64,000 nucleotides of DNA from Thermodesulfobacteriota bacterium (GTDB taxonomy: Bacteria > Desulfobacterota_D > UBA1144 > Nemesobacterales > Mycalebacteriaceae): NCBI GenBank assembly GCA_965205855.1, contig OZ242184.1, positions 334,853 to 398,852 on the forward strand. The letters run 5' to 3'. Position 1 is the stretch's first letter. Each line of letters begins with the position of its first letter. The notes under the pieces were generated by a model. That model was not told where the DNA came from, made no database searches, and worked only from the letters and a program-made list of their open reading frames with translations. The position numbers and the translations under genes were made by a program. Shown in pieces: positions 8,894 through 17,554 of the stretch.

Positions 8894-9745
8894 CTAACCA
8901 ACCGGATTTTCGCCGCTTTCAAACCATTTGAAAAGACTGAACGAAAGAATATGCAGCGCAACAAGCAGATGGAGCGCGGTCGCGGCAAACTGAAGCCCCG
9001 AATGAATCATACCGACACCGATGACGACTTGAAGAAACACCGAGCCGAGAATCACATATGCGGCTTTTCGCATTTTGCTCCCGGCGTATGTGTGGGAGAA
9101 AACCGCCATACCGATTGCGAATAACGCTATGAGATATCCGAGGGCTCTGTGGAAGAAGTGATAAAGCACCACGCCGGAAAGGTCGGGCGGAATCCACACT
9201 CCGAGGCATTTGGGGAAGTCAGCTCCACAGGCAAGCCCCGCGTCCGAGTGGCGCACAAACGCGCCGGCAACCGCCTGAAAAAGAACAAGCGCGGCGAAGG
9301 CAAACCACATTCCGTAAATTCCCGATGTTGAAAGCCCGTTTCGGGGACTGGTCTCAAAACGGCTCATGTAAACCGTTATGCAGAAGATAAGAGCCGCGTT
9401 GGCGAAATGGACGGTTGTCAGGTCGGTCGGCAGTTTGAGCAAAACCACCGAGCCACCGAGCCCAATCTGGACAACAAGCAGAAAAATCGCGAGAGCCGGA
9501 AGCAGTTTCGCGGCTCCCGTGTATGACCTTATACGCCTTGCGGAAAGCCAGATTATAACAACCGCCGTGAATGCCCCGATAATGCGGTGGAGAAACTCGG
9601 CGTAGATATCCCAGCGCAAAGGCGGGAGAATCTTGCCGTGACAGAGAGGCCAGTCCGGACAGGCGAGACCCACCTTTAGCCCCGCGACGATGTTTCCCCA
9701 GACCAGAAGAATGACAAGGGATATTAAAGCCAGTCTGGAAAGCAT
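8894..9745 (-). CDS. ctaA: heme A synthase (COX15/CtaA family)
   Basis: Multi-TM protein with conserved His pairs, sitting between the cox operon and ctaB. Confidence 0.7.
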   Translation of the reverse strand: MLSRLALISLVILLVWGNIVAGLKVGLACPDWPLCHGKILPPLRWDIYAEFLHRIIGAFTAVVIIWLSARRIRSYTGAAKLLPALAIFLLVVQIGLGGSVVLLKLPTDLTTVHFANAALIFCITVYMSRFETSPRNGLSTSGIYGMWFAFAALVLFQAVAGAFVRHSDAGLACGADFPKCLGVWIPPDLSGVVLYHFFHRALGYLIALFAIGMAVFSHTYAGSKMRKAAYVILGSVFLQVVIGVGMIHSGLQFAATALHLLVALHILSFSLFKWFESGENPVG

Positions 9746-10062
9746 CAGTTCACCGCCGGAATACGACTGAAGTTTTCCATCAGAGTTGTTCCTATGAGCA
9801 ACAGAAGCAGGAAGATCGGATATATCGCGTATACCCAGGTGAGTTTGTCCTCAAATTTCAAATGCATAAAATAAAGCGCCACTATGCCTGCCTTTACCGA
9901 GGCAATCAACATGGCGATTATGATGTTTAGTTGACCGCCCAAATCAATGCTTGCGGTCCACAGGGTGAGTGCCGTAAGCGCCATTAGTGCGCCCCAGACA
10001 ACAAAATACTGCAATGTTCCGTGCGAGTGTTCTTCGGGGTTTGTATTGTTTTGCGACGACAT
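9745..10062 (-). CDS. cytochrome c oxidase subunit IV (prokaryotic caa3-type)
   Basis: A 105-aa two- to three-TM protein directly downstream of subunit III. Confidence 0.55.
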   Translation of the reverse strand: MSSQNNTNPEEHSHGTLQYFVVWGALMALTALTLWTASIDLGGQLNIIIAMLIASVKAGIVALYFMHLKFEDKLTWVYAIYPIFLLLLLIGTTLMENFSRIPAVN

Positions 10063-10074
10063 TTTTTCCTCCGT

Positions 10075-10680
10075 TCAACCTATTAAATACAGCAGTGGAA
10101 AAAGGTATATCCAGATCAGGTCCACAAGGTGCCAATAGAGCCCGCCAAGCTCAATTGGCGTGTTGTATTCGGCGCTAAAAACTCCCCTTCGGGTAAGGAC
10201 AAACAGTACGCCGAGAAGAATGATTCCGATAAATACATGGATCATATGTAACCCTGTCATGAGAAAATAGAGAGCAAAAAACACGCTTGTGCTCGGATAT
10301 ATGTGATGGCTGAACTTCGCTCCGTATTCAAAGTATTTATTCACTCCAAAGGCGAAAGCGCACAGGATTGTTATGCCGAGAAAAAGAAGAACTTTTCTCT
10401 GTTCGCCCTTTTTTGAAGCGGCAACCGCAAGTGCCATTGTCAGACTGCTGAAGATAAGAACAACCGTGTTTATCGCGCCGAGTTTTACATTCAACTCAAA
10501 GTGCTGTTCGTGGAAAAGTTCCGGGAATTTCGCGCGGAAAAGCGCGTAGGCGGCGAAAAGCCCGCCGAAAAGCAGAACCTCAGTTCCAAGAAACAACCAC
10601 ATTCCGAGCTTGGAAGATTGGTATTCCGTAACCGGGTCAAGTTCGTGGCTCTGGTGCGCGGTTTTATATTGTTCAGACAT
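10075..10680 (-). CDS. coxC: cytochrome c oxidase subunit III
   Basis: A 201-aa multi-TM protein with a subunit III-like HHxxxGxHxxH region, adjacent to subunit I. Confidence 0.8.
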   Translation of the reverse strand: MSEQYKTAHQSHELDPVTEYQSSKLGMWLFLGTEVLLFGGLFAAYALFRAKFPELFHEQHFELNVKLGAINTVVLIFSSLTMALAVAASKKGEQRKVLLFLGITILCAFAFGVNKYFEYGAKFSHHIYPSTSVFFALYFLMTGLHMIHVFIGIILLGVLFVLTRRGVFSAEYNTPIELGGLYWHLVDLIWIYLFPLLYLIG

Positions 10681-12294
10681 TTATTTTTTCTCTCCGTATC
10701 CGTAAGTCCAGTCCGTAAAGGTTGGCACTTCGTCAAAATTCTCATGCGGCGGCGGAGACTCCGTCTGCCACTCTGGAGACAGGGACTCATAGGGGTTTCT
10801 GCCCGCTTTTTCCCCTTTGGTAATTCCGTGCAAAAAGTTTGCGAACATAAGGATTATCCCGATTGCCAGAATCCATGAACCGTAGGTTGAAACCAGGTGT
10901 CCGTAAGTGAACTCGTCCGGATAACTTGCGTATCTGCGCGGCATTCCCTGAGTGCCCATTATGTGATGTATGAAGAAAGTTACATTGAATCCGATAAAGA
11001 TCAGAAACCACGCGATTTTTGCCACTGTCTCATTGAAGTTTCTGCCGAACATCTTTGGAAACCAGAAGTGAAGCGCACCGAAAAACGCCATAACTGTGCC
11101 GCCGAACATAACGTAGTGCATATGCCCCACGACAAAATATGTGTCATGCAGGTGAACATCCGCGGCGAGCGCTCCGAGAAACACTCCCGTGAGCCCTCCG
11201 ACAAGGAAGAGAAATATGAAGGAAAGCGCGTAAAGCATCGGTGACGCGAGCAGTATGGAACCCTTGTACAGAGTGGCCAGCCAGTTGAACACCTTTATCG
11301 CCGTGGGGATCGCGACAAGCATTGTTATGAATGAAAACACCTGAGCTGCGAGAACGGAAATTCCGCTTACAAACATATGGTGCATCCACACAAGGAAGCT
11401 GATTACCGCAATTCCGAAACTTGAAAACGCCATGGCTTTGTAGCCGAATATGGGTTTTTTTGAAAACACCGGAATAATTTCCGAGATGACTCCCATGCCC
11501 GGAATGATCATTATGTAGACCGCGGGATGGGAGTAAAACCAGAAGAAGTTTTGCAGAAGAATCGGGTCTCCCCCCTTGGCGGGGTCAAAAAACCCGATGT
11601 CCAGCGTTCTTTCCGCAATTAGAAGAAGCAGGGTGATTCCCACAACCGGAGTCGCCAGAAGCTGGAGTATGGACGTCGCGTAGGACGCCCATATGAAAAG
11701 AGGCAGTCTCCCCCATGTCATTCCGGGAGCCCTGAGTTTGTGGATTGTTACTATAAAATTCAACCCGGTCAAAATTGACGAAAATCCCAGAACAAAAATG
11801 CCGGCGGTGATAAGGATGACATTTGTTCCCGTTTTCACGCTGTAGGGAGCGTAGAAAGTCCAGCCCGTGTCAACCGTGTCGCCGAGAAGTGCGTAAAGTA
11901 GAACCGCTGTTCCCGCAAGGTATATCCAGTAACTTGCTATGTTCAGTTTCGGAAACGCGACATCTCTCGCTCCTATCATCAGGGGTATGAGAAAGTTTCC
12001 GAAAGACGCGGCAAGACCGGGAACAATAAAGAAAAACACCATTACCGAGCCGTGAAGAGTAAACAGAACGTTGTATGTATGGGGGCTGAAAATATCACTC
12101 TCAGGGGTGGCAAGCTCATACCGCATCAAAAGGGCGATAATTCCCGCGAAGGCGAAAAAGAAAAGCAGGCTCGCAAGATACATCACCCCGATGCGTTTAT
12201 GATCGGTTGATGTCAGCCACTGCCACAGTCCGCTTCCTCCGTGGGAGAAATAGGGCGTGTGCTGCGCCTTTTGAGAATAGTGATTGTCTGTCAT
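10681..12294 (-). CDS. ctaD: cytochrome c oxidase subunit I (heme-copper oxidase)
   Basis: WFFGHPEVY-like HPAVYIMIIPGMG motif and conserved His ligands (HHMF, HFHY-like). 537 aa. Confidence 0.9.
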   Translation of the reverse strand: MTDNHYSQKAQHTPYFSHGGSGLWQWLTSTDHKRIGVMYLASLLFFFAFAGIIALLMRYELATPESDIFSPHTYNVLFTLHGSVMVFFFIVPGLAASFGNFLIPLMIGARDVAFPKLNIASYWIYLAGTAVLLYALLGDTVDTGWTFYAPYSVKTGTNVILITAGIFVLGFSSILTGLNFIVTIHKLRAPGMTWGRLPLFIWASYATSILQLLATPVVGITLLLLIAERTLDIGFFDPAKGGDPILLQNFFWFYSHPAVYIMIIPGMGVISEIIPVFSKKPIFGYKAMAFSSFGIAVISFLVWMHHMFVSGISVLAAQVFSFITMLVAIPTAIKVFNWLATLYKGSILLASPMLYALSFIFLFLVGGLTGVFLGALAADVHLHDTYFVVGHMHYVMFGGTVMAFFGALHFWFPKMFGRNFNETVAKIAWFLIFIGFNVTFFIHHIMGTQGMPRRYASYPDEFTYGHLVSTYGSWILAIGIILMFANFLHGITKGEKAGRNPYESLSPEWQTESPPPHENFDEVPTFTDWTYGYGEKK

Positions 12295-12322
12295 TTTGTC
12301 CGTTTCTCCTTCTGTTACGTTT

Positions 12323-13267
12323 CTACTTGAGTGTTTTTAAATACTCTATGATATCCGAAACCTCGCTCTCGGAGAGTATTCCCTTGAAAGATGGCATAAC
12401 CGGCGCATAACCGGCGACTATTTTTGCCTGCGGCTCGTAAATTGACTCTATTATGTAATTCTCGTCTGCCGTAATACTGCCGTTTGCGAGTTCTCTTGTT
12501 TTGCCGAAAACCCCTTTGAAACCCGGCGCGATTCCGGGACTTTCGTCTATACTGTGACAGGCGTTGCAACCCCTGTTTGCATAGAGTTTTTGTCCCCGTT
12601 CATGTGCGGGAATTGAAGATGAAAAAGCGGCCGCGCTTTTGTTCCCGGCACCTTTGCCTTCCCATCTGGCGAACGCTTCAGGGCTCATAACATTGACGCG
12701 TCCGAGCATCTTGGAGTGTCCCGTGCCGCAGTATTCGGCGCAGAATATCACGAAGGTTCCGACTTTTGTCGGTTTGAACCACAGTTGGGTGAATCTTCCG
12801 GGCAGGATATCCTGTTTGACCCTGAAGGCCGGAATGAAAAGACTGTGAAGAACATCGTCGGACCTCATTATTATCCTGACCGGCAAATTGTGCTGAACGT
12901 TCAGCTCGTTGATGGTCTTTTTGCCGTTTCCATACTCAAACTGCCACAGCCACTGTTTGCTGATGGCTTTTACCTCAACCGCGGTTTGGGGCGGGACCCT
13001 CATTTCATTGAAGACTACGAGGCCGTAAATGAATATCAGTATCAGAATAACAGACGGGACCGCAGTCCAGAATATCTCAAGCGCCTCGTTTCCCGTGATG
13101 CTCGGGGTTTTGTCGTTTGCCGTTCTCCGTCTGTATTTTATGGCAAAGACGACCAATACTGCCGATATCAGTATGAAAAATATGAATGAAATAACTGTGA
13201 CCGCGACCAGCACATTGTCCACTTTAAGGGCAATTTCAGACGCGGCTTCCGGGAGCCAACTGTTCAT
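12323..13267 (-). CDS. ctaC: cytochrome c oxidase subunit II with fused C-terminal cytochrome c domain (caa3-type)
   Basis: CuA motif FCAEYCGTGHSKM and a C-terminal CNACH heme-binding motif. Confidence 0.85.
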   Translation of the reverse strand: MNSWLPEAASEIALKVDNVLVAVTVISFIFFILISAVLVVFAIKYRRRTANDKTPSITGNEALEIFWTAVPSVILILIFIYGLVVFNEMRVPPQTAVEVKAISKQWLWQFEYGNGKKTINELNVQHNLPVRIIMRSDDVLHSLFIPAFRVKQDILPGRFTQLWFKPTKVGTFVIFCAEYCGTGHSKMLGRVNVMSPEAFARWEGKGAGNKSAAAFSSSIPAHERGQKLYANRGCNACHSIDESPGIAPGFKGVFGKTRELANGSITADENYIIESIYEPQAKIVAGYAPVMPSFKGILSESEVSDIIEYLKTLK

Positions 13268-13273
13268 TTAAAA

Positions 13274-14089
13274 TTAATCAACCTCCGACTTTGATTTCCG
13301 TCTCCACATTCTGTAAAGGAAAGCCGCAAGAATCAGAAGTGTAACAACACCAGAGATTTTTACTATTGCAATTGCGCGCAGAGCGTATTTCCGGCCGACG
13401 GGGTCAAATTTATAACAGAAAAGAAGAACTTTGTTAATTATCTCACTGCCACCTATGCGGCCGTTTGACGCTTCAATGAGGGCGAGTTTCAGGTCCACTG
13501 GCTCGTGCTGTATCCCGTAAAGATAACGTGCAATCCTGCCTCGCGGGGTCAGCGCTATAAGCGCGGACTGATGGTCAAAGCCGTCTCCCTCTTTTCTGAA
13601 CCCGAAACCCGCCGCTTCGGTCAGTCTTTCAATTTCTTCCGGACTTGCGGTAAAAAACCTCAACTCCCCGGCTCCCTCTTTGTGCGTGAGCAGGGAGCGA
13701 CTTTCCCGCGTTTTTTCCAAAGCCGTCTCCGTGGTGTCGGACTCATCAAAACTTACCGTCAACACCCGGTAGTCACTACCGATTTTGAAAGATTCAAAAT
13801 TGTCCGACAGGGCGTTTACGGTTTCTGTGAGAAACTTCATCGCAAAACGGCAGTTGTGTGGGCATTTGTAAAAAACAAGTTGAAGAAGAACGGGCTTTTT
13901 GCCGTCAAAGTACCGCCCGATAAGTTCCTCCCGTCCCAGGTGATTTACAAGCGCAATGTTCGCAGGCACCTGTTCGCCAAGTTTTTCTTCTATGCCAATC
14001 CTCTCAAGCTGAGCCGTGTCGGTTATGGAATTTGCGGTCGTAGTCATCAACAAAACTGCGACAAACAGAAATATTTTTCCCATGTGCAT
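13274..14089 (-). CDS. SCO1/SenC-family copper chaperone (thioredoxin-like)
   Basis: CPHNC (CxxxC) motif, N-terminal signal peptide or TM and a C-terminal TM. Start moved to an internal Met. Confidence 0.55.
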   Translation of the reverse strand: MHMGKIFLFVAVLLMTTTANSITDTAQLERIGIEEKLGEQVPANIALVNHLGREELIGRYFDGKKPVLLQLVFYKCPHNCRFAMKFLTETVNALSDNFESFKIGSDYRVLTVSFDESDTTETALEKTRESRSLLTHKEGAGELRFFTASPEEIERLTEAAGFGFRKEGDGFDHQSALIALTPRGRIARYLYGIQHEPVDLKLALIEASNGRIGGSEIINKVLLFCYKFDPVGRKYALRAIAIVKISGVVTLLILAAFLYRMWRRKSKSEVD

Positions 14090-14217
14090 AGAAAATCCTT
14101 TACGGATACGCGGAAAACTTATACGCAGGGTTGAAACTGTCAAGAACCTCCGGAAAAGGAGCCTCAACGCGCCGCCGGATGCGTTTGAGAATCCCGCGTG
14201 CCTTTTCTCACCGTTTA

Positions 14218-15450
14218 CTAAATGTGAAGCTCCTCAAATACGGGACCTTCGGGTCTGTCTCTTGAGAGGTGCTTCGCACTTGCGAGTTCTTCGTCAAATT
14301 TTCCCTTTTCAATAAGACCCGAGAGTGCCTCCGCCGCGCCATGGGATATCATCAGCCCTCTGCCCGTATGGCCGAAACACTCATACACATTTTCCAGCCC
14401 GGGCGCTTTTCCCAGATAGCCTGACCTGTCCGCGGTTTCCGCATACATACCGGCCCAGCCCCTTACAAATTTCAGGTTTTCAAACGCCCTAATTCTTTTT
14501 GCGAGCGGTTTCCATATCCATTTCGCAAAAGGGCTTTCTTCGTCCAAACGGTAGAAATCATATTCGTAGTTCACTCCGAACGGTTCATCGGGGTTTGAGT
14601 ATCCGACAAGCGCTCCGTCTCCCTCGCCGTGAAAATATATGTCGCTTGTGTCAATAACCATACCGACCTTTGAGAGGTCGAGTCCGGGGCATTTCACAAT
14701 CTGAATCTGCCGCCTGCGGGGTTTTACCGCATTTTCCTTTATCCCGTACAGAGAGGCAATCCGCGAAGCCCACGCCCCGCCCGCGTTGACAAGCGTTTCG
14801 CACTCATACGCCACTCCTTCTCTGTCGTCCCGCGGCGTCAAACGCCCGGAAAGCAGGTCTTCGGGTTTTTCGGAGGTTTCCAGTTTTCGGGTAAAAACAG
14901 TTTTGGCTTTTCCCATTTCAACTTCAATCCGGCGGACAAAGGTTCTGTCAACAAATTCCGCTTTTCTTTTCCTCGCCTCTTTTCTGTAAAACTCTCTGAG
15001 CGAGTAATGGTCAACAAAACCCGCATCGCGCGACACCGAAAGACTTTCAATCCCGCTTGTGTCTGTTACAAATTCCAGATGCCTGCGCACCTCTTCCACT
15101 CCGTACATATCAACATTCAAGCCGTATTCGCGGTAAAGCGGAAGGTTTGTCCGCATTTCCAAATCGGTTTTTTCGTTGTGAAGCCAGTAGTACCCGGACT
15201 CTTTGAACGCCACGGCGTCCGCTATGGAGCGGTAGAACCGTATTGAGCGGGCGCAGAGTTCCACATTCGCCTTTCCTCGCCATGTTGCGCGAATCCCGCC
15301 CGCGTTTTTCAAAGACGAGGAAAACTCTCCCTCAAGGTCGGGGTCAACAACAACGATTTTCGCCTTGGGAAATCTCAGGGAAATTGAGTATGCGCAAGCG
15401 GAACCGATTACTCCCGCGCCGATGATGAGGAAATTGCAATGTTTTGCCAT
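14218..15450 (-). CDS. FAD-dependent oxidoreductase (DAO family, glycine/D-amino-acid oxidase-like)
   Basis: NFLIIGAGVIGSACAYSIS Rossmann GxGxxG at the N-terminus. Confidence 0.7.
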   Translation of the reverse strand: MAKHCNFLIIGAGVIGSACAYSISLRFPKAKIVVVDPDLEGEFSSSLKNAGGIRATWRGKANVELCARSIRFYRSIADAVAFKESGYYWLHNEKTDLEMRTNLPLYREYGLNVDMYGVEEVRRHLEFVTDTSGIESLSVSRDAGFVDHYSLREFYRKEARKRKAEFVDRTFVRRIEVEMGKAKTVFTRKLETSEKPEDLLSGRLTPRDDREGVAYECETLVNAGGAWASRIASLYGIKENAVKPRRRQIQIVKCPGLDLSKVGMVIDTSDIYFHGEGDGALVGYSNPDEPFGVNYEYDFYRLDEESPFAKWIWKPLAKRIRAFENLKFVRGWAGMYAETADRSGYLGKAPGLENVYECFGHTGRGLMISHGAAEALSGLIEKGKFDEELASAKHLSRDRPEGPVFEELHI

Positions 15451-15487
15451 TTGCTCTGAAAACTATATCAGAATTACAGGGGTGGTC

Positions 15488-15517
15488 TTGACAGCCCCGA
15501 AAGAATTGGTTTAGAAT
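15488..15517 (+). promoter_or_regulatory. sigma70-type promoter TTGACA-N18-TAGAAT
   Basis: Consensus -35 TTGACA (15488-15493) and -10 TAGAAT (15512-15517), about 150 nt upstream of the DUF2085 gene start. Confidence 0.5.
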
Positions 15518-15671
15518 GATTACGTTCAGCAATTTTATAGGGAACCCGCACTGTCGGGTCTCTGTGAATACAAGACCCTCGGGAAATAAACAGAACTTCT
15601 AAATTCTCTATTTAGTTGCTGAACAAGACCCGGCGCCTTGCGTTGGAAAGTCAGCAATTAAGGAGTGCAGA

Positions 15672-16175
15672 ATGAGAAAATCATTTCTGGTTGTGTTTTC
15701 ATTTTCAAGACAGTTCCAACTTATAAGAATACTGATCTTTCTCACTTCCTTTCTGCTGGTTGTTTCCTCATTTGTCGCACCCATACGTCAATCAATCGGC
15801 AGATTTCCCAGCGGTGAATCCATTTACCTGTGGCTGTCTTTCATATGTCATCAGTTGCCCTCCCGGTCATTTTGGGTTTCGGGGTTTCCCTGCGGGCTTT
15901 GCTCAAGGTGTCTTTTGGGATATACGGGCGTGGCTCTTGCCGCTTTGTTTGTTTGCCGTCCGCAAAGGTATTCAAGTCGTGTCCTGCTTGGCGTTTTTTT
16001 ATTGCTTCCGGCCATTCTGGATGTGTCCATTCAGAGTGTGACCGGTTACCAAGGCATGAACCTGACAAGAGCAGTTACGGGTTTTCTCGGCGGAATTGGC
16101 TTTTTCATACTCTGCTTTCCGTCAAGATTTGAAAAATCTTTAGTTCACAGGAGGACTACAAATGAAATTAATTAA
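15672..16175 (+). CDS. DUF2085-family integral membrane protein
   Basis: CHQLPSRSF...CSRCLLGY motif and 4-5 TM segments. Confidence 0.5.
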   Translation: MRKSFLVVFSFSRQFQLIRILIFLTSFLLVVSSFVAPIRQSIGRFPSGESIYLWLSFICHQLPSRSFWVSGFPCGLCSRCLLGYTGVALAALFVCRPQRYSSRVLLGVFLLLPAILDVSIQSVTGYQGMNLTRAVTGFLGGIGFFILCFPSRFEKSLVHRRTTNEIN

Positions 16176-16683
16176 ACGTTCAGGTTTTTGTATTGCAATA
16201 GCAGTATTGGTTTTTTCCGTTTCCGGCACAACAAATGCCTTTGCCCGTGAAGTTGTTTTGAGGGAATCTGTTCTTGTGCCCGTTCAAACAAAACAACGTA
16301 TTTCTTCACAACATATGCGAGTCGGCGAACAAGTTATTCTTTTCGTTGAACGGGACATCAAAGTTGACGGTATAACTGTCATTGAGAGTGGTACTGCCGT
16401 TTCTGCTACGGTGTCGGACAGAAAAAAGGCGAGCATGGCCGGAATTTCCGGACATCTCACAATTACCGTGGATCACACAACCGCTGTTGACGGAACTCTT
16501 ATTGTTCTGAAGGGCAGTTTTAATACGAAAGGAGATTCTGAAATAGGAGGGACTGTTGCTGCTGGCGTCATTTTATGTCCGTTGGCTTTCTTAAACAAGG
16601 GGAAAGAAGGGGTTATTCCCGCCGGAGCGGTAATCAGGACTTTAACCCTGTCCGACAGAAAGATTAAAGTCTCGGATAAATAA
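16162..16683 (+). CDS. secreted hypothetical protein with signal peptide
   Basis: N-terminal signal peptide ending NAFA, beta-rich and Gly/Thr/Val-rich. Overlaps the upstream gene by 14 nt. Confidence 0.4.
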   Translation: MKLIKRSGFCIAIAVLVFSVSGTTNAFAREVVLRESVLVPVQTKQRISSQHMRVGEQVILFVERDIKVDGITVIESGTAVSATVSDRKKASMAGISGHLTITVDHTTAVDGTLIVLKGSFNTKGDSEIGGTVAAGVILCPLAFLNKGKEGVIPAGAVIRTLTLSDRKIKVSDK

Positions 16684-16744
16684 TTAACATTGCGCAAAAT
16701 TGACTTAAGCCATTCCACGCCTGATACGGACCGGTATTTTCTTT

Positions 16745-17326
16745 TTAACCTGAATTGAATAACGGATTCCGGCTTTCACCGGAATGACGGGGCAAATTTC
16801 CCCTGTCGGAAAGACCTTCCCTTATCGCCTTTTTCCATAAAGCGGTTTTTCGCCCTTTCGCCATACCCGCGTTTGCGGGGCTGGTTGAGGGCAATGTTTC
16901 AATGTGAATGCGGTTTTTTATACATTTTTCCATAAGCGGTGTTATATGAAATTTGAAAACCTGTTCGGGCTTTTTCCCGTTGAAAAACACCGCGCGTATG
17001 GAAGGGTTTTGCGCAAGCAGTCCGCCGATGTCATTGGGTATTTCCGTGGCGGTTTTTATGTCCGAATCAAGACTTCCCCTCCGCTCGCAGAATTTCAGCG
17101 TATCCCAAAGCGCGACCCCTGTGTTTTCAAGGGCGCAAACTCTTTCGCGATAGGGAACGGACGGAGAAAAAGACAGGGCTTCACCCATTATTTTCCAGAA
17201 CAGGTTTTGCGGATGCGCGTAATACTCTCCCGCTTCAAGGGATTTTACTCCCGGCATTGAGCCCAGTATGAGAATTGTGGGGTTTTCCGGCAGAATCGGC
17301 GGGAAACTTTCCGCAACTTTTTTCAT
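16745..17326 (-). CDS. uracil-DNA glycosylase family 6 (hypoxanthine/deoxyinosine DNA glycosylase)
   Basis: ILILGSMPGVKSLEAGEYYAHPQNLFWKIMGE matches the HDG-family N-terminal motif. Start moved to the internal MKKV. Confidence 0.65.
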   Translation of the reverse strand: MKKVAESFPPILPENPTILILGSMPGVKSLEAGEYYAHPQNLFWKIMGEALSFSPSVPYRERVCALENTGVALWDTLKFCERRGSLDSDIKTATEIPNDIGGLLAQNPSIRAVFFNGKKPEQVFKFHITPLMEKCIKNRIHIETLPSTSPANAGMAKGRKTALWKKAIREGLSDRGNLPRHSGESRNPLFNSG

Positions 17327-17554
17327 CTTGTATTTGCCTTTGCCGCCGCTCCTTCCTTTGAGCCGGAGAGCGCTCCGGTATTGTAGCGTTTCGCTGAAAA
17401 GCCGCAAGGTCGGAAGTTTCAAAAGCATTTCACCCGCCTTGTATCAAATGGCGTATTAAAAAGGTATTTGAAATGAAGATAATGTATGATAAATGTATAA
17501 TTTAAACTAAGAGGAGAATATGGACGAAATTCCTATTCAGTTCTGTGTAAAAAG

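Noticed and set aside
8528-9124. 198-aa + strand ORF across the ctaA/ctaB junction
   Set aside because: Antisense to two conserved membrane-protein genes; no features.
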